In this document: positions 53,806-64,000 of the stretch, in pieces
Layout: each line of letters starts with the position of its first letter
Numbering within the stretch: the first letter of the stretch is position 1
DNA from: Octopus sinensis
Taxonomy: Eukaryota
Reading direction: 5' to 3'
Assembly: GCF_006345805.1 (NCBI RefSeq)
Contig: NC_042998.1
Location: forward strand, 120,342,001 to 120,406,000
Length of the DNA stretch: 64,000 nucleotides
Notes under the pieces: model-generated
Told to the model about the DNA's origin: nothing
Seen by the model: only the letters and a program-made list of their open reading frames with translations
Databases searched by the model: none
Made by a program: the position numbers and the translations under genes

Positions 53806-54194
53806 CCACATGATTTGTATATCTATATGAAAAATGTAATCTCCTCTAATTCTGTTGCTTGTGTGTATGTATTTGTTGTTTAACCGTGAATGATAAACTA
53901 CAAAAAATAAATACACAGTGTAAAATTTAATGCTCTTCTCTTCATATACTTATCTTCTGTGTGTATGTTTGTGTTTAGATACAAGATAATTTACTAATAC
54001 TAGGTAAATATTTCCAATTGTATTATTCTGCTTTTGATACTTTCTTGATCCCCTGTACTCCATAATCTGATATATCTGTAGTGCTTCAATTTCTGTCAAG
54101 TTGAACCCTCTACCTATTTTCTGATCCTTTCACCTACCATTCACCTATGTTTGTGTGTCTAAATAAATACATACAGGTGCAGGTATGTGTGCAT

Positions 54195-54232
<38 letters not shown>

Positions 54233-55751
54233 AACTACTTGAGATTGGATATAGATTGTCAAAATATTGTGTATTTATTAAGCTGAAAGTTCATATTTAT
54301 AACTCTGAGATTTATGTCGCTGATTGTCAAACAGAATGTGTGTGTGTGTGTGTATGTGAGCATTCCTTTGTCTCCTACATCATCAAATCACTCAGTGTGG
54401 GTGTGGCAGTTACTGTCTATAGTTCTTATCTCTGATGGTGTATATCTCTGTAGTAAAGTGCTTGGCGTTTATGTTAATGAAGCTACTGATGCTATTTTTG
54501 TGTGGCTTTATTTTGTTGTATGTTTGTTTTGGATTGAGATGGAGGTATAATGTTCTTAATATTGAGTGATTTCTTATCCACCTGGCATCAGCTTCACATA
54601 TTTCTTTCCTCTCTAGCTGATATTTAAAATAACTAGTTGAGTATTGCCCCCAAATTTGTTGTTTGTGCCTAAGACAGAACTTGTTCTATGTTGAAATCCT
54701 GCTGGGGTTAGGTTTGCTTTTCACCCTTCTATTGTCAATAAAAAAAAGAACCAGTCAGCTATGGAGTAGATTTAATCGGCTGTCCCCACTTGCAGTGTAT
54801 GGCCTTGGGACACTATTAAATAAAAATCATTATGAGTGGCAGAGTAGAGCAAAGTATTAGAGTAAAAGTGTAGCTTTTAGTTATAGTTCAGACACTCTGG
54901 TATTTTATTATGCTCATTTAGGTTCTGATGTCAAATCCTGCTGAGGATCAGTTTTCTTTGTAATCAATAAAATATATGCTAATGGATCTGATGTAATTTA
55001 TTATAAATTTCTCACAAACTTTTGGTCCTGTACCATCGCAAGAAATATTTTCATCATAATAATTTTAAATGACTTGTTTTGCAAATCCTTATTTATGAAA
55101 GAAATCCTTATTATTAAGAGTGAGGGACTGATAGATTCAATAGAGTGCCAAGTACATCAGTTTTGCATAGTTGTGTGAATTACGTTATTTTCTTGGGTGA
55201 TACTTATGCTTTTTGTATGCTGAGTGATCGATGTTATGTGTTTTAGTGTTGGGCAGTGAAACTATGGAGTATGTGCTTTGTGAGATGTGTTATATTATTG
55301 GATAGCAACTGAGTTTTTGGTTTTATAGTGTCAAGTATTGATTATGTAAAATTAAATATTGTGTTATTGTACTAAGTGGTGATTGTGTAGATTATGTATT
55401 ACATGCAGAGAATATAGTATTTGAATTGTGGTATTGAATTAAAAGTCTCTTATATATGGTGAATGGTTTGTACCAGTAGGGCTCTCAATTTTGACTGTGA
55501 ACCCTGGGATGGTTTATATATATATCATATTGCTTCAATTATTACTGGTTACTTTCTTCCACCCTGCTTATTTCAGTTTCCAGATCCTTGTGCTCTGACA
55601 TTTTATCTCCCTCTCTTAGGTAATGTTTTAGCATGACACTAAAGATATCTGTTAGAGTACATACATTTACTTTTCAGTTCATGTCTATTTTATTTGAACA
55701 GTTTGCCTTGGTTCTTTTTGTTAATCTGGATAGGCATGTTGGCAGCTTTTG

Positions 55752-56112
55752 TCTTTTACTTGTTTCAGTCACTAGACTGCATGAGGGCACCACCTTAAAG
55801 AACTTTAAGTGAAATGAAATCAACTCCCAGCATTTTTTTAAAGCCTGGTACTTATTATATTGGTCTCTTTTGCTGGGGATGTAAACACACCAACACTTGT
55901 TATCAAGTGGTGGTGGGACAGAGACACACAAACACATACACGTATATATGTGATGGGATTCTTTCAGTTTCCACTCACCAAATCCACTTACAAGGCTTTA
56001 GTCAGGTCAAGGCTATAGCAGAAGACGCTTTCCCAAGTTGCCATGCAATGGGACTGAGCTTGGAACCATGTAGTTGGGAAGCAAATTTCTTACCACACAG
56101 TCACACTCATGC
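55752..56112 (-). mobile_element. SINE family A copy
   Basis: tcttttacttgtttcagtc...ctttcagtttcc...ccatgcaatgggactga...ccacacag. Confidence 0.9.
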
Positions 56113-56179
56113 TGCAACATGTTCAAGATAATTATGTTTAAGTTGTTATTACGTACTGTCTCTGGTATGTGTTTATGCA

Positions 56180-56560
56180 TGCCAATTCCTCTCCAGTTTA
56201 ATGTCAAAATACCAACATATTTATTGCCCAGTAGACATAATATGCTGACTTGATTATGTCACTGAATATATTTGAACTTGACAAAAACTGGGCAACTTGA
56301 GATGGTATGCTCATTACACTGGTTGCATAGTCTACACCTGTTGATAGCATCTGTTGTCAATGGTTGAATTTTGTAGTAATCTGAAATTAAGTATTGGTTC
56401 TGCGCAGCTAAACACAAACTTTTTGTTTCTGCTTTTAACCCAAAACTTTTGTACCAATTTTGGATCTGGTTTACTTCCTCTCTGTCAAGTTTTGCTGACA
56501 TTATCATTATCATTAGCTGCCTATTCTTACCCATGACAAAGTTCGAGCTTTCACTTGCTG
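56180..56560 (-). mobile_element. R4/Dong-like (restriction-like endonuclease) non-LTR element fragment, zinc-knuckle region
   Basis: GLKAETKSLCLAAQNQ...NRCRLCNQCNEHTISSCPVFVKFKYIQ*HN. Confidence 0.8.
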
Positions 56561-57299
56561 GTTATTGCCCTTGAAATGGTTTATCTCTCTAAATGTTTGT
56601 TTCTTTCCTGCAGTATATTGTTTTGAATTCCATTGTGATTTTGTCTCTTTTGGGTCTCTTTTAATGTTCTTTGTTTGTATTTATCTAAATCTTTAGTGTA
56701 TTTTATTGTTTGTATTTCATGGTTTCCTTATACAGAGAGAAACATTTTTTGATCCTGTAAATATTTTTCTTTGCAGACACATAATAGTGTCTGAGAAAAT
56801 ACCTTGAGGTATTTGTTCTGGTTCTTTATGCTCTGAGTTGAATACTATTGAGGTTAACTTTGTCTGAAAATTCCAGACTTTGTGCCTATTTTAGAAACAG
56901 TTATTGTAACAGAATTCCATGTTGACTGTACTGAAAAAGTGATATCTTGAAATTTGGTGTCAACAACTCCCTTAAAATCTCACAAACTTTACACAAAATT
57001 CTTATGTAATAGATGACTGTTTCCAGTAATTCTGCTATTTGGGTGTCAGGAGTCTCAATTCCAGTGTTTCCTATTTTCAGCAACAGCTACTTTGGTGTTT
57101 CCCAGTGTTACTAATGATCACAGGGATAACTTTCACTCTCATCTCATAGGTTTTCTTAGTTTTCTTCACCAACCCAAGATACTTTCCAATCTTCTTCCTT
57201 TCTGTCTTTACTTCCTTTGTTTTTGTTTACCCCATAATTTTTGGCTGCTTCTACTGATTCACCAAGTGCAGTCTTTTATTAGAAAGATTGTTTTTTTTT

Positions 57300-57800
57300 A
57301 TTTCCTTTCTCCACATTCTGTTTATCTTCATGTCCAAATCTTTATATCTGGATAATTTCTCCATTTCTTTTAATGGCACATTATTGTTTGTTTTATACAT
57401 CAGTTGGGAAGCACTTGCTTTCCTTGTGGTTCTTCTTAACAACATTCAGTTGGTTAGCTATGACCTCCTTTTGTCTGGATTGACTTCAGTGTGATTATTT
57501 TGTTGTTCTCACATATCTTTTATTGTGTATGTTTATACTATTTTCTCTTTGTATTTCATCATGCTTCTATAACTTCCAGTATATGAAACCCTTAACTTTG
57601 AATAGGCAGCTAATGATAATATCATGTATTTGCTTTATTATATAATTTTGTAGATTTTGGTGGGAGGCCTTTGATTTTGTATCTCAATCAAGAATTCTTC
57701 AGTCTCAGCTTTAAGTCCTTGAATTGGTCATTTAGAAATTTTCTTGACATCTTAGTATGTCATACTGTGATTATATTTTTCACTTAGATTTTATGGTTGC
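57300..57800 (-). mobile_element. Second R4/Dong-like fragment including the RLE region
   Basis: GLKAETEEFLIEIQNQRPPT (about 57720-57660), followed downstream by NNVPLKEMEKLSRYKDLDMKINRMW (about 57390-57310). Confidence 0.78.
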
Positions 57801-58067
57801 TTGTTCTTCTGTTGTAGTTGTATATGAGTCTTGTCTGGTTCAGCATGTTGATTAAAGTTGCTAGAGTCAAATAGAAAAGGAGTGGAGAGAAATTTCCATG
57901 AGATTTGCTTTTATGATTCCCTCTTCCATCTATGTCTGCAGTATTGCATGCTTTTTACTTGGTACTAGTTTACTCATGGCTCATTTTTCAGGATCCATAT
58001 CTACAGAAGGCCTTCTAGGGTAGTTAATGCATGCCACACATAAACACATCTTTTCCATTTTTTGTAG

Positions 58068-58436
58068 TCGATTTTGTAATTGATTTAATCCCTTCCCCCA
58101 AATTTTAGGCTTCGTGCTTCCAGTAGCAAGGATTATTATTATTATTATTTTTATTATTTTATTATTATTATTATTATCATTATTATTATTATTATTATTG
58201 CTACAGTGGTGAACAGGCAGAATCATTAGCACGCTGGATTAAATACTTAGTGGTATTTTGCCTGTTGCTACGTTCTGAGTTCTAATTCCACCAAGGTCGA
58301 CTTTGCTTCTCATTCTTACGGGGTCGTAAATTAAGTACCAGTGAAGCACTGGGGTCAATGTAATCAACTAGTCCCCTCCCCCAAATTTCAGCCTTTGTGT
58401 GTATAGTAGACAGGATTATTATTATTATTGTTATTG
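58068..58436 (+). mobile_element. SINE family B 3' fragment + (ATT)n + full SINE family B copy (about 58203-58436)
   Basis: (ATT)n at 58133-58199, then ggcagaatcattagcacgc...gttctgagttctaattccaccaaggtcgactttgc...aaatttcagcctttgtg...ggattattatt. Confidence 0.9.
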
Positions 58437-58477
58437 TTTGAAATGATCCTTATTATGCCTTTTTTTTTTGTTTTTAG

Positions 58478-58593
58478 GTGTTCTACAACAACTTAATGAA
58501 AGTCGTGCACAGTTGGAGGAACTATGGGCCACCCGCAAACGGAAATTGGATCTGTGCTTAAAATTACGTCTTTTTGAAAGGGATGCATTAGAG
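58478..58593 (+). CDS. trio: Trio/Kalirin RhoGEF internal exon (116 nt; spectrin repeat)
   Basis: Strong acceptor (T)n-gtttttAG (phase 1) and donor GAG|GTAAAG (phase 0). It encodes (G)VLQQLNESRAQLEELWATRKRKLDLCLKLRLFERDALE, compared with recalled vertebrate Trio [38 protein letters not shown]. Confidence 0.93.
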
Positions 58594-59686
58594 GTAAAGA
58601 AGTATTACTGAATTAAAGCACAGTTAAAAAACAATATTGCTATGTAGGAATTTGTGTGCTTGTGATCTGTTATATTGTAAATGTTTTATTTAAAAACAAA
58701 AGAATATTATGATGTACATTATTTGCCCACAGAAGTAAACCAATTCTTGCATTTGTTGTTGTTATGTAGTCCCATGTTAACTCACTTTTTAATAGACCTG
58801 TGAGACATTGGAAGCAAGCTGTTTGAATGTTTCAATATGACCCACAGATCATGCACAACCCTCAGGTTGAAGTCGATATTAAGCATGCTGACATACAGGT
58901 CCTTTGAGTGTGTGAGTGTGTGTGTGTGTGGGGGGGGGGCTGCAGGTATATTGCATTCTCCCAATTTAACCAATCTGGTTTTGTAAGCTGGCTCAAGTGG
59001 TGGTTATAAGAGTAATAGACAATGTAGACTTATCTAGACTATGGTAGTTATCTCCCTTTATCACTCATTTCCCATAGGAATATATGCCAGCACAGCGCAT
59101 TAAGTTAATGAGATTGTTAATGCTACAGGGATTTTGATGTATATGTGTTTTTATGCATTAGTCTCAGTAGAGAGAGGGTAGTAGCAGTCAGTTTTTCTCG
59201 CATATTCCTCTAGTAGTACAAAGGTACCTGAATAAATAATTCTGTTAATCATGACTACCTTGTCTCTATTGCTATTGTGGAGCTTATTTCTTTTTGTTAG
59301 CTCCCAGTCAGCCCTGATTGAGCAAAACTACTATTACAAGTGGTTCAGACATGACCATTTCAGCAAATGCAATAGATTTCTTTGGTTGACCATACATTGC
59401 TTCCAGTGTAACTAAGGATGTCACAAAACCTATTTGACCCTCTCTCCAACACTCCTTATTTTCCTCTCTCATTTTTATCACTGTAGCTTCCTCCTTACCA
59501 TTTTAAAAGAATAATTAAGAGACCTCATTGGACCTGTGTGTATCTCATACACTCTACCTAAATACCTCACTGATCATTTGGTATTGACCATTCATCATTC
59601 ACTCTCACCATTTATTCACCTATTGTTATCCATCACTCCTTCTCTCAAGTCTAGCCTCTCTAGCACAAGTACGAAGATAAAACACA

Positions 59687-61519
59687 CAAGCCAGATGGCT
59701 GCACCAAGCCCCAATCTGATCTGGCAGAGGTTCTACAACTGGATGCCCTTCCTAACGCCAACCGCTCCGAGGGTGTAGTGGGTGCTTTTACATGTCACCG
59801 GCACAAAGGCCAGTTAGGTGGTACTGGCAATGGCCATGCTCAAATTGTGTTTTTTACGTTCCACCTGCACAGGAGCCAGTCCAGCAGCACTGGTAACGAC
59901 CTCGCTCAAATGTTGATTTTCACATGCTAGTAAAGTGACGCTAGCAACAATCATGCTTGAATGGTGCTTTCTATGTGCCACTAGCACGAGAGTCAGTCAG
60001 TGGTCCTGGCAACGAACACACTGTTAATGTTCTATTCGCACAGATGCCAGACAGGCAGTGCTGTCATCAGCCACATCAGCAAATTTGATTTCGATTTCAC
60101 TTGCCTCAACAGGTCTTCACAAGCAGAGGTTTAGTGCCCAATGAAAGAGAGTTACGCATAAGTGGCTGGATACACCACTGGCATAGGCCACAGGTTATGG
60201 TCTCACTTGGCTTGCCAGGTCTTTTCAAACACAGCATATTTCCAAAGGTCTCAGTCATTACTCATTGCCTCAGTGAGGCCTAATGTTTGATGGTCATGCT
60301 TCACCACCTCATCCCAGGTTTTCCTGGGTTCACCTCTTCTACAGGTCCTTCAATCGCTAGGGTGTGACATTTTTCACACAGCTATCCTCATCCATTCTCT
60401 CCACATGACCATACCAGTGCAGTCGTCTCTCTGGCACACCACATCTGATGCTTCTTAGGTCCTTCTGTTCTCTCAAGGCACTTACATTCTGTCATGTATG
60501 CACACTGACATTACACATTCAGCGGAGCACACTAGCTTCATTCCTTGCAAGCTTATGCATGTCCTCAGCAGTCACAGCCCATGTTTCACTGCCATGTAGC
60601 ATGGCTGTTCGTACACATGCATCATACAGTCTACCTTTTACTCTGAGTGAGAGGCCCTTTGTAACCAGCAGAGGTAGAAGCTCTCTGAAGTTTGCCCAAG
60701 CTATTCTTATTCTAGCAGCTACACTTTCAGAGCATCCCCACTGGCTACTGACTTGGTCACCTAGGTAACAGAAGCTGTCAACTACTTCTAGTTTTTCTCC
60801 CTGGAATGTGGCAGAAATTGTTCTCTGCATATTTTCAGTGTGTATTGCTTCTGGGTGTCTGCCACATACAAAAACTATCTTCCCAGTTAGCCTTCCTTTG
60901 ATATTGCTGCACCTCTTATATGTCCTTAGCTTACACTGGGTATACCTTACAGAGTTTCTACCTACACCTTTTCTACAGATCGAGCAGGGCCGTCTACCTG
61001 AAGGGATTTGTGGTTTGTCTGCCTTCCTACTTATTAAGACTTTGGTTTTAGCTAGGTTGACTCTAAGGCCCTTCGATTCTAATTCTTTCTTCCACACCTG
61101 AAACTTCTCCTCTAGTTCTGATAGTTACTCCGTCATTAGAGCAAGGTCATCAGCATAAAGGAGCTCTCAGAGGCATCCTGTCTTGAATTCCTCTGTTATT
61201 GCCTGGAGGACTATGATAAATAGGAGGGGGCTGAGGACTGAATCTCAGTGAACCCCTACCTCTACCCAGAATTTTTCACTGTACTCGTTGCCAACCCTCA
61301 CCTTACTGACAGCATCCCTGTACATGGCTTACACAGTTCTCACTAACCATTCATTTATCCCTAGTTTCCTCATTGACCATCAGAAAAGGGATCTGGGGAC
61401 CCTATTCAAGTCTTTCTCCATGTCAACAAAAGCCAGATACAGGGCTTTATCTTTGACTAGGTATTTCTCCTGCAGCTAATTTACCGGAAATATAGCATCA
61501 GTGGTGCTTTTCCCTGGCA
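59687..61519 (-). mobile_element. RTE-clade LINE, 5'-truncated in the RT and missing the extreme 3' tail
   Basis: PGKSTTDAIF...LYLAFVDMEK...VLSPLLFIIVLQ...LLYADDL...GLRVNLAKTKV...FCYLGD...LHGSETW. The stop is at 60203-60205, followed by the 3'UTR. Several in-frame stops are present. Confidence 0.96.
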
Positions 61520-62118
61520 ATAGGGTATTCGTTTGAACTTAAGTTTGTTTTTAAGACAGAAGATGAAAACTAAGTTTACAGAACTAAGAGGAGATTACAA
61601 TCTGCTCTGAAATAGAGGTGATAGATGTATTGAGTTGGGGAAAAAAAAGAATTCCTTATCTGAACAACATCCTCTGGATGGATTTGTATTCTTTTGGCAA
61701 GGTTATTGAAATGTAGTAGGAAACCAAGAGAACACGTTTATATAGAGTGGGATGGTAAAGGAGGAGGTAAGTGATTGGAGAAGCAAGTGTTATCGAAACA
61801 GGGAGAGTGAAAGAGAGACAATGCCAGTGTTAGGACAGAACACGAGAGGGAGAGAGATAATTCTTTTGGGGTTCTTGCGAAACATAATTTTAATGAAACA
61901 GCAAATTAATAGTAGATAGAATTTAAAAATCTTAGAATATTCAGTCAGCCAAAACGTAAATAGATGAATGAATGAGTGACGATAGGGTATTCATGTGAAC
62001 TTAAGTTTGTTTTTAAGACAGAAGACGAAAACTATGTTTACAGAACTAAGAGGGGATTATGATCTGCGCTGAAATAGAGGTGATAGATGTACTGAGTTGA
62101 AAAAAGACAAGATTCCTT
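61520..62118. repeat. Direct repeat with a 462-bp period (61520-61657 and 61982-62118)
   Basis: The 118-nt cores (61520-61637 and 61982-62099) differ at 9 positions. Confidence 0.92.
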
Positions 62119-63069
62119 GTAAAAGCCTTTAAGACCACAGTCCCCTGTATTCTTCGTGTTAAAATAAGTTATTATTCTGTGAGCTACATATATATAGAAG
62201 ATATTGGTTATTGTTAATTTCTTGTTTTATGGTGCCACTATTGAAAGATGGAGCAAGTATTTCTTTTTATTGAAAACCACATCTTTTAACTCTAGATGTT
62301 CATCACCTGAAGGTCTTTCCCTGTGAGAGATCAACTGTGCAATCTAATGGGACATTTGTAATATATACAGTCCTTCTGATTCTTATAGCAGTGGACTCAA
62401 CCTCTTCACTGTATCAATTTAAAGGACTACAGCAACATAATTGAATTGGTCCCTCTCATAAGCTCTAGTTAATGCCACTGTACTTGATCCAATCAAGAGG
62501 CATAATTTAATGATACCTACTTAAAGCCTGTTATTGTCTATTGTGTATTGTCTGATACAAACTATACATTGGTGATGTTCTAATATGTAATTGTGTGTTT
62601 GTGTGCATGCGTAATAATATGTAGTGTGTGTGTTATATCTTGAAATAAATATGTTGAAAGTATAGCATAGGTGGCAGTTAAATTAAAAAGTGAAGTGGCA
62701 GTAGTTCTATATATATTCTAGGTCTGTATCTAATCATTATAGCACACACCCTGCACCAACATGACAATAGAAGAACATTCTGTGCTGCCCAGGAAATAAA
62801 ACACTTAGTTGTTTGTCAATTTGTTGAATGAGAATTATGATAATTCTGCATGAATTTTTTTATTTTAAACATATTGTTTATATTATTTTGCAACAGATAT
62901 ACTTTGCTTTTTTACACTTAAAATTTCACTTGCATTACAATAACCCACTGTAAAAGTAACAGGATTGTTGTGGATGGAATATTTTTCTTTAATGTTACTT
63001 TTATAGTGGGTGTATCACATACACATACATACATCTCCAGTCTCTTCCCACCTCTCTGTATGTGTACAT

Positions 63070-64000
63070 GCAGGATAAGGTGATTAAGCTAGTCAGTGTG
63101 CAGTAGGATAATTAAGCTTAAACAAATCTTAGAAAAGAAAACAGCAACTTTTATCTTAGCCTACACTCCTCAATCAAGACTACCAGATGACCAAAAGGGC
63201 CATTTTAGGATACCCTTTAGCAGTTTACCTCAATGATGAATGATAGTGACTTTGTCCTTATGGCCTGTGGCCTCAACAATCATGAATGGCAGCATGCTGA
63301 AGGATTCTATGGTATGCATTGAGACTATGAATTTTGTTTTTAAAATGAAGAGGAAGCAAGGATCTTGGAGCACTGTTATGCAAATGACTTTATGATCTGC
63401 AACACCAACTTGAAGAAACCAGCCAGTTACCTGATCTCCTATCAATTTGGTGGGCATGCAAGCCATGTTCTCACCAATAAGCAGGATAGACATATGGTTA
63501 TAAATGCAAAGTTCTTCCCAGGTGAAGAATGTATTATTCAGCATAAGTTAGTGGTTAATGACTTCAGTCTTAGAGCTAGAAAAACTGAGAGATCCAGGCC
63601 TGTCTGAAAATGTAAGCTATAGAAGCTTAAAGATCATTCAAACAATCAGAAATGTAGAAAAGCCCTAATTGAAACATTTTATGAGAAGGAGGAGGAGATA
63701 GAGATGCACAACATAGAGGACAACTGAAAGTTCTTACAAGACAACCTACAGAGGGTTACAGACCAAATTTGTGGCTGGTGCAATGTTCTAGTCAAATCAA
63801 AGATGATGTGGTGGTACAATACTGAAGTAAGACAGAGCCATAAAAGTGAAGAGACAGGCTGCAAAGGTTTGGAAGAATGGGGGTAGCAGAAGTATACCAG
63901 GTGGCTAGAAGAGAAACTAGGTGACAGGTATATTTAGCAAGGCAATAATTGGAAAGGAAGAGTTTTTTCAATATTCTATAGCATGTGGAACAGAGGGGTG
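63070..64000 (+). mobile_element. RTE LINE APE-endonuclease and linker fragment, running off the window
   Basis: ...AYTPQSRLPDDQK...RILEHCYANDFMICNTNLKKPASYLISY...FPGEECIIQHKLVVNDF..., degenerate. Confidence 0.85.

Overview
This is AT-rich, CpG-depleted animal genomic DNA, almost certainly from a cephalopod (Octopus-type SINE and RTE repeats; organism assignment is from recall). The whole window appears to lie inside one + strand gene, a Trio/Kalirin (UNC-73) RhoGEF. Only two short coding exons are visible: 19857-19915 and 58478-58593. They join in phase across a 38.6-kb intron to give ...NSDYCHIE-G-VLQQLNESRAQLEELWATRKRKLDLCLKLRLFERDALE, which matches the Trio spectrin-repeat region. The rest is intron filled with mostly decayed mobile elements: a mariner, a maT/DD37D-like element, a young internally deleted piggyBac, a hAT MITE, RTE-clade LINE fragments, R4/Dong-like and Penelope-like fossils, at least three SINE-like families and many microsatellites. 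The most interesting signals are four. (1) An ATG-initiated, in-frame 5' extension of the first exon encodes a basic plus hydrophobic N-terminus behind a CpG-retaining, promoter-like region, suggesting a membrane-anchored short Trio isoform. (2) A patchwork templated insertion copied from two neighbouring loci sits inside a SINE. (3) A 40-bp fold-back marks a LINE 5' junction. (4) One SINE family repeatedly stacks head-to-tail in (AAT)n, next to Dong-like LINE remnants. No prokaryotic features, CRISPR arrays, rRNA or real tRNA genes were found. All homology calls are from motif recognition by eye, not database searches.
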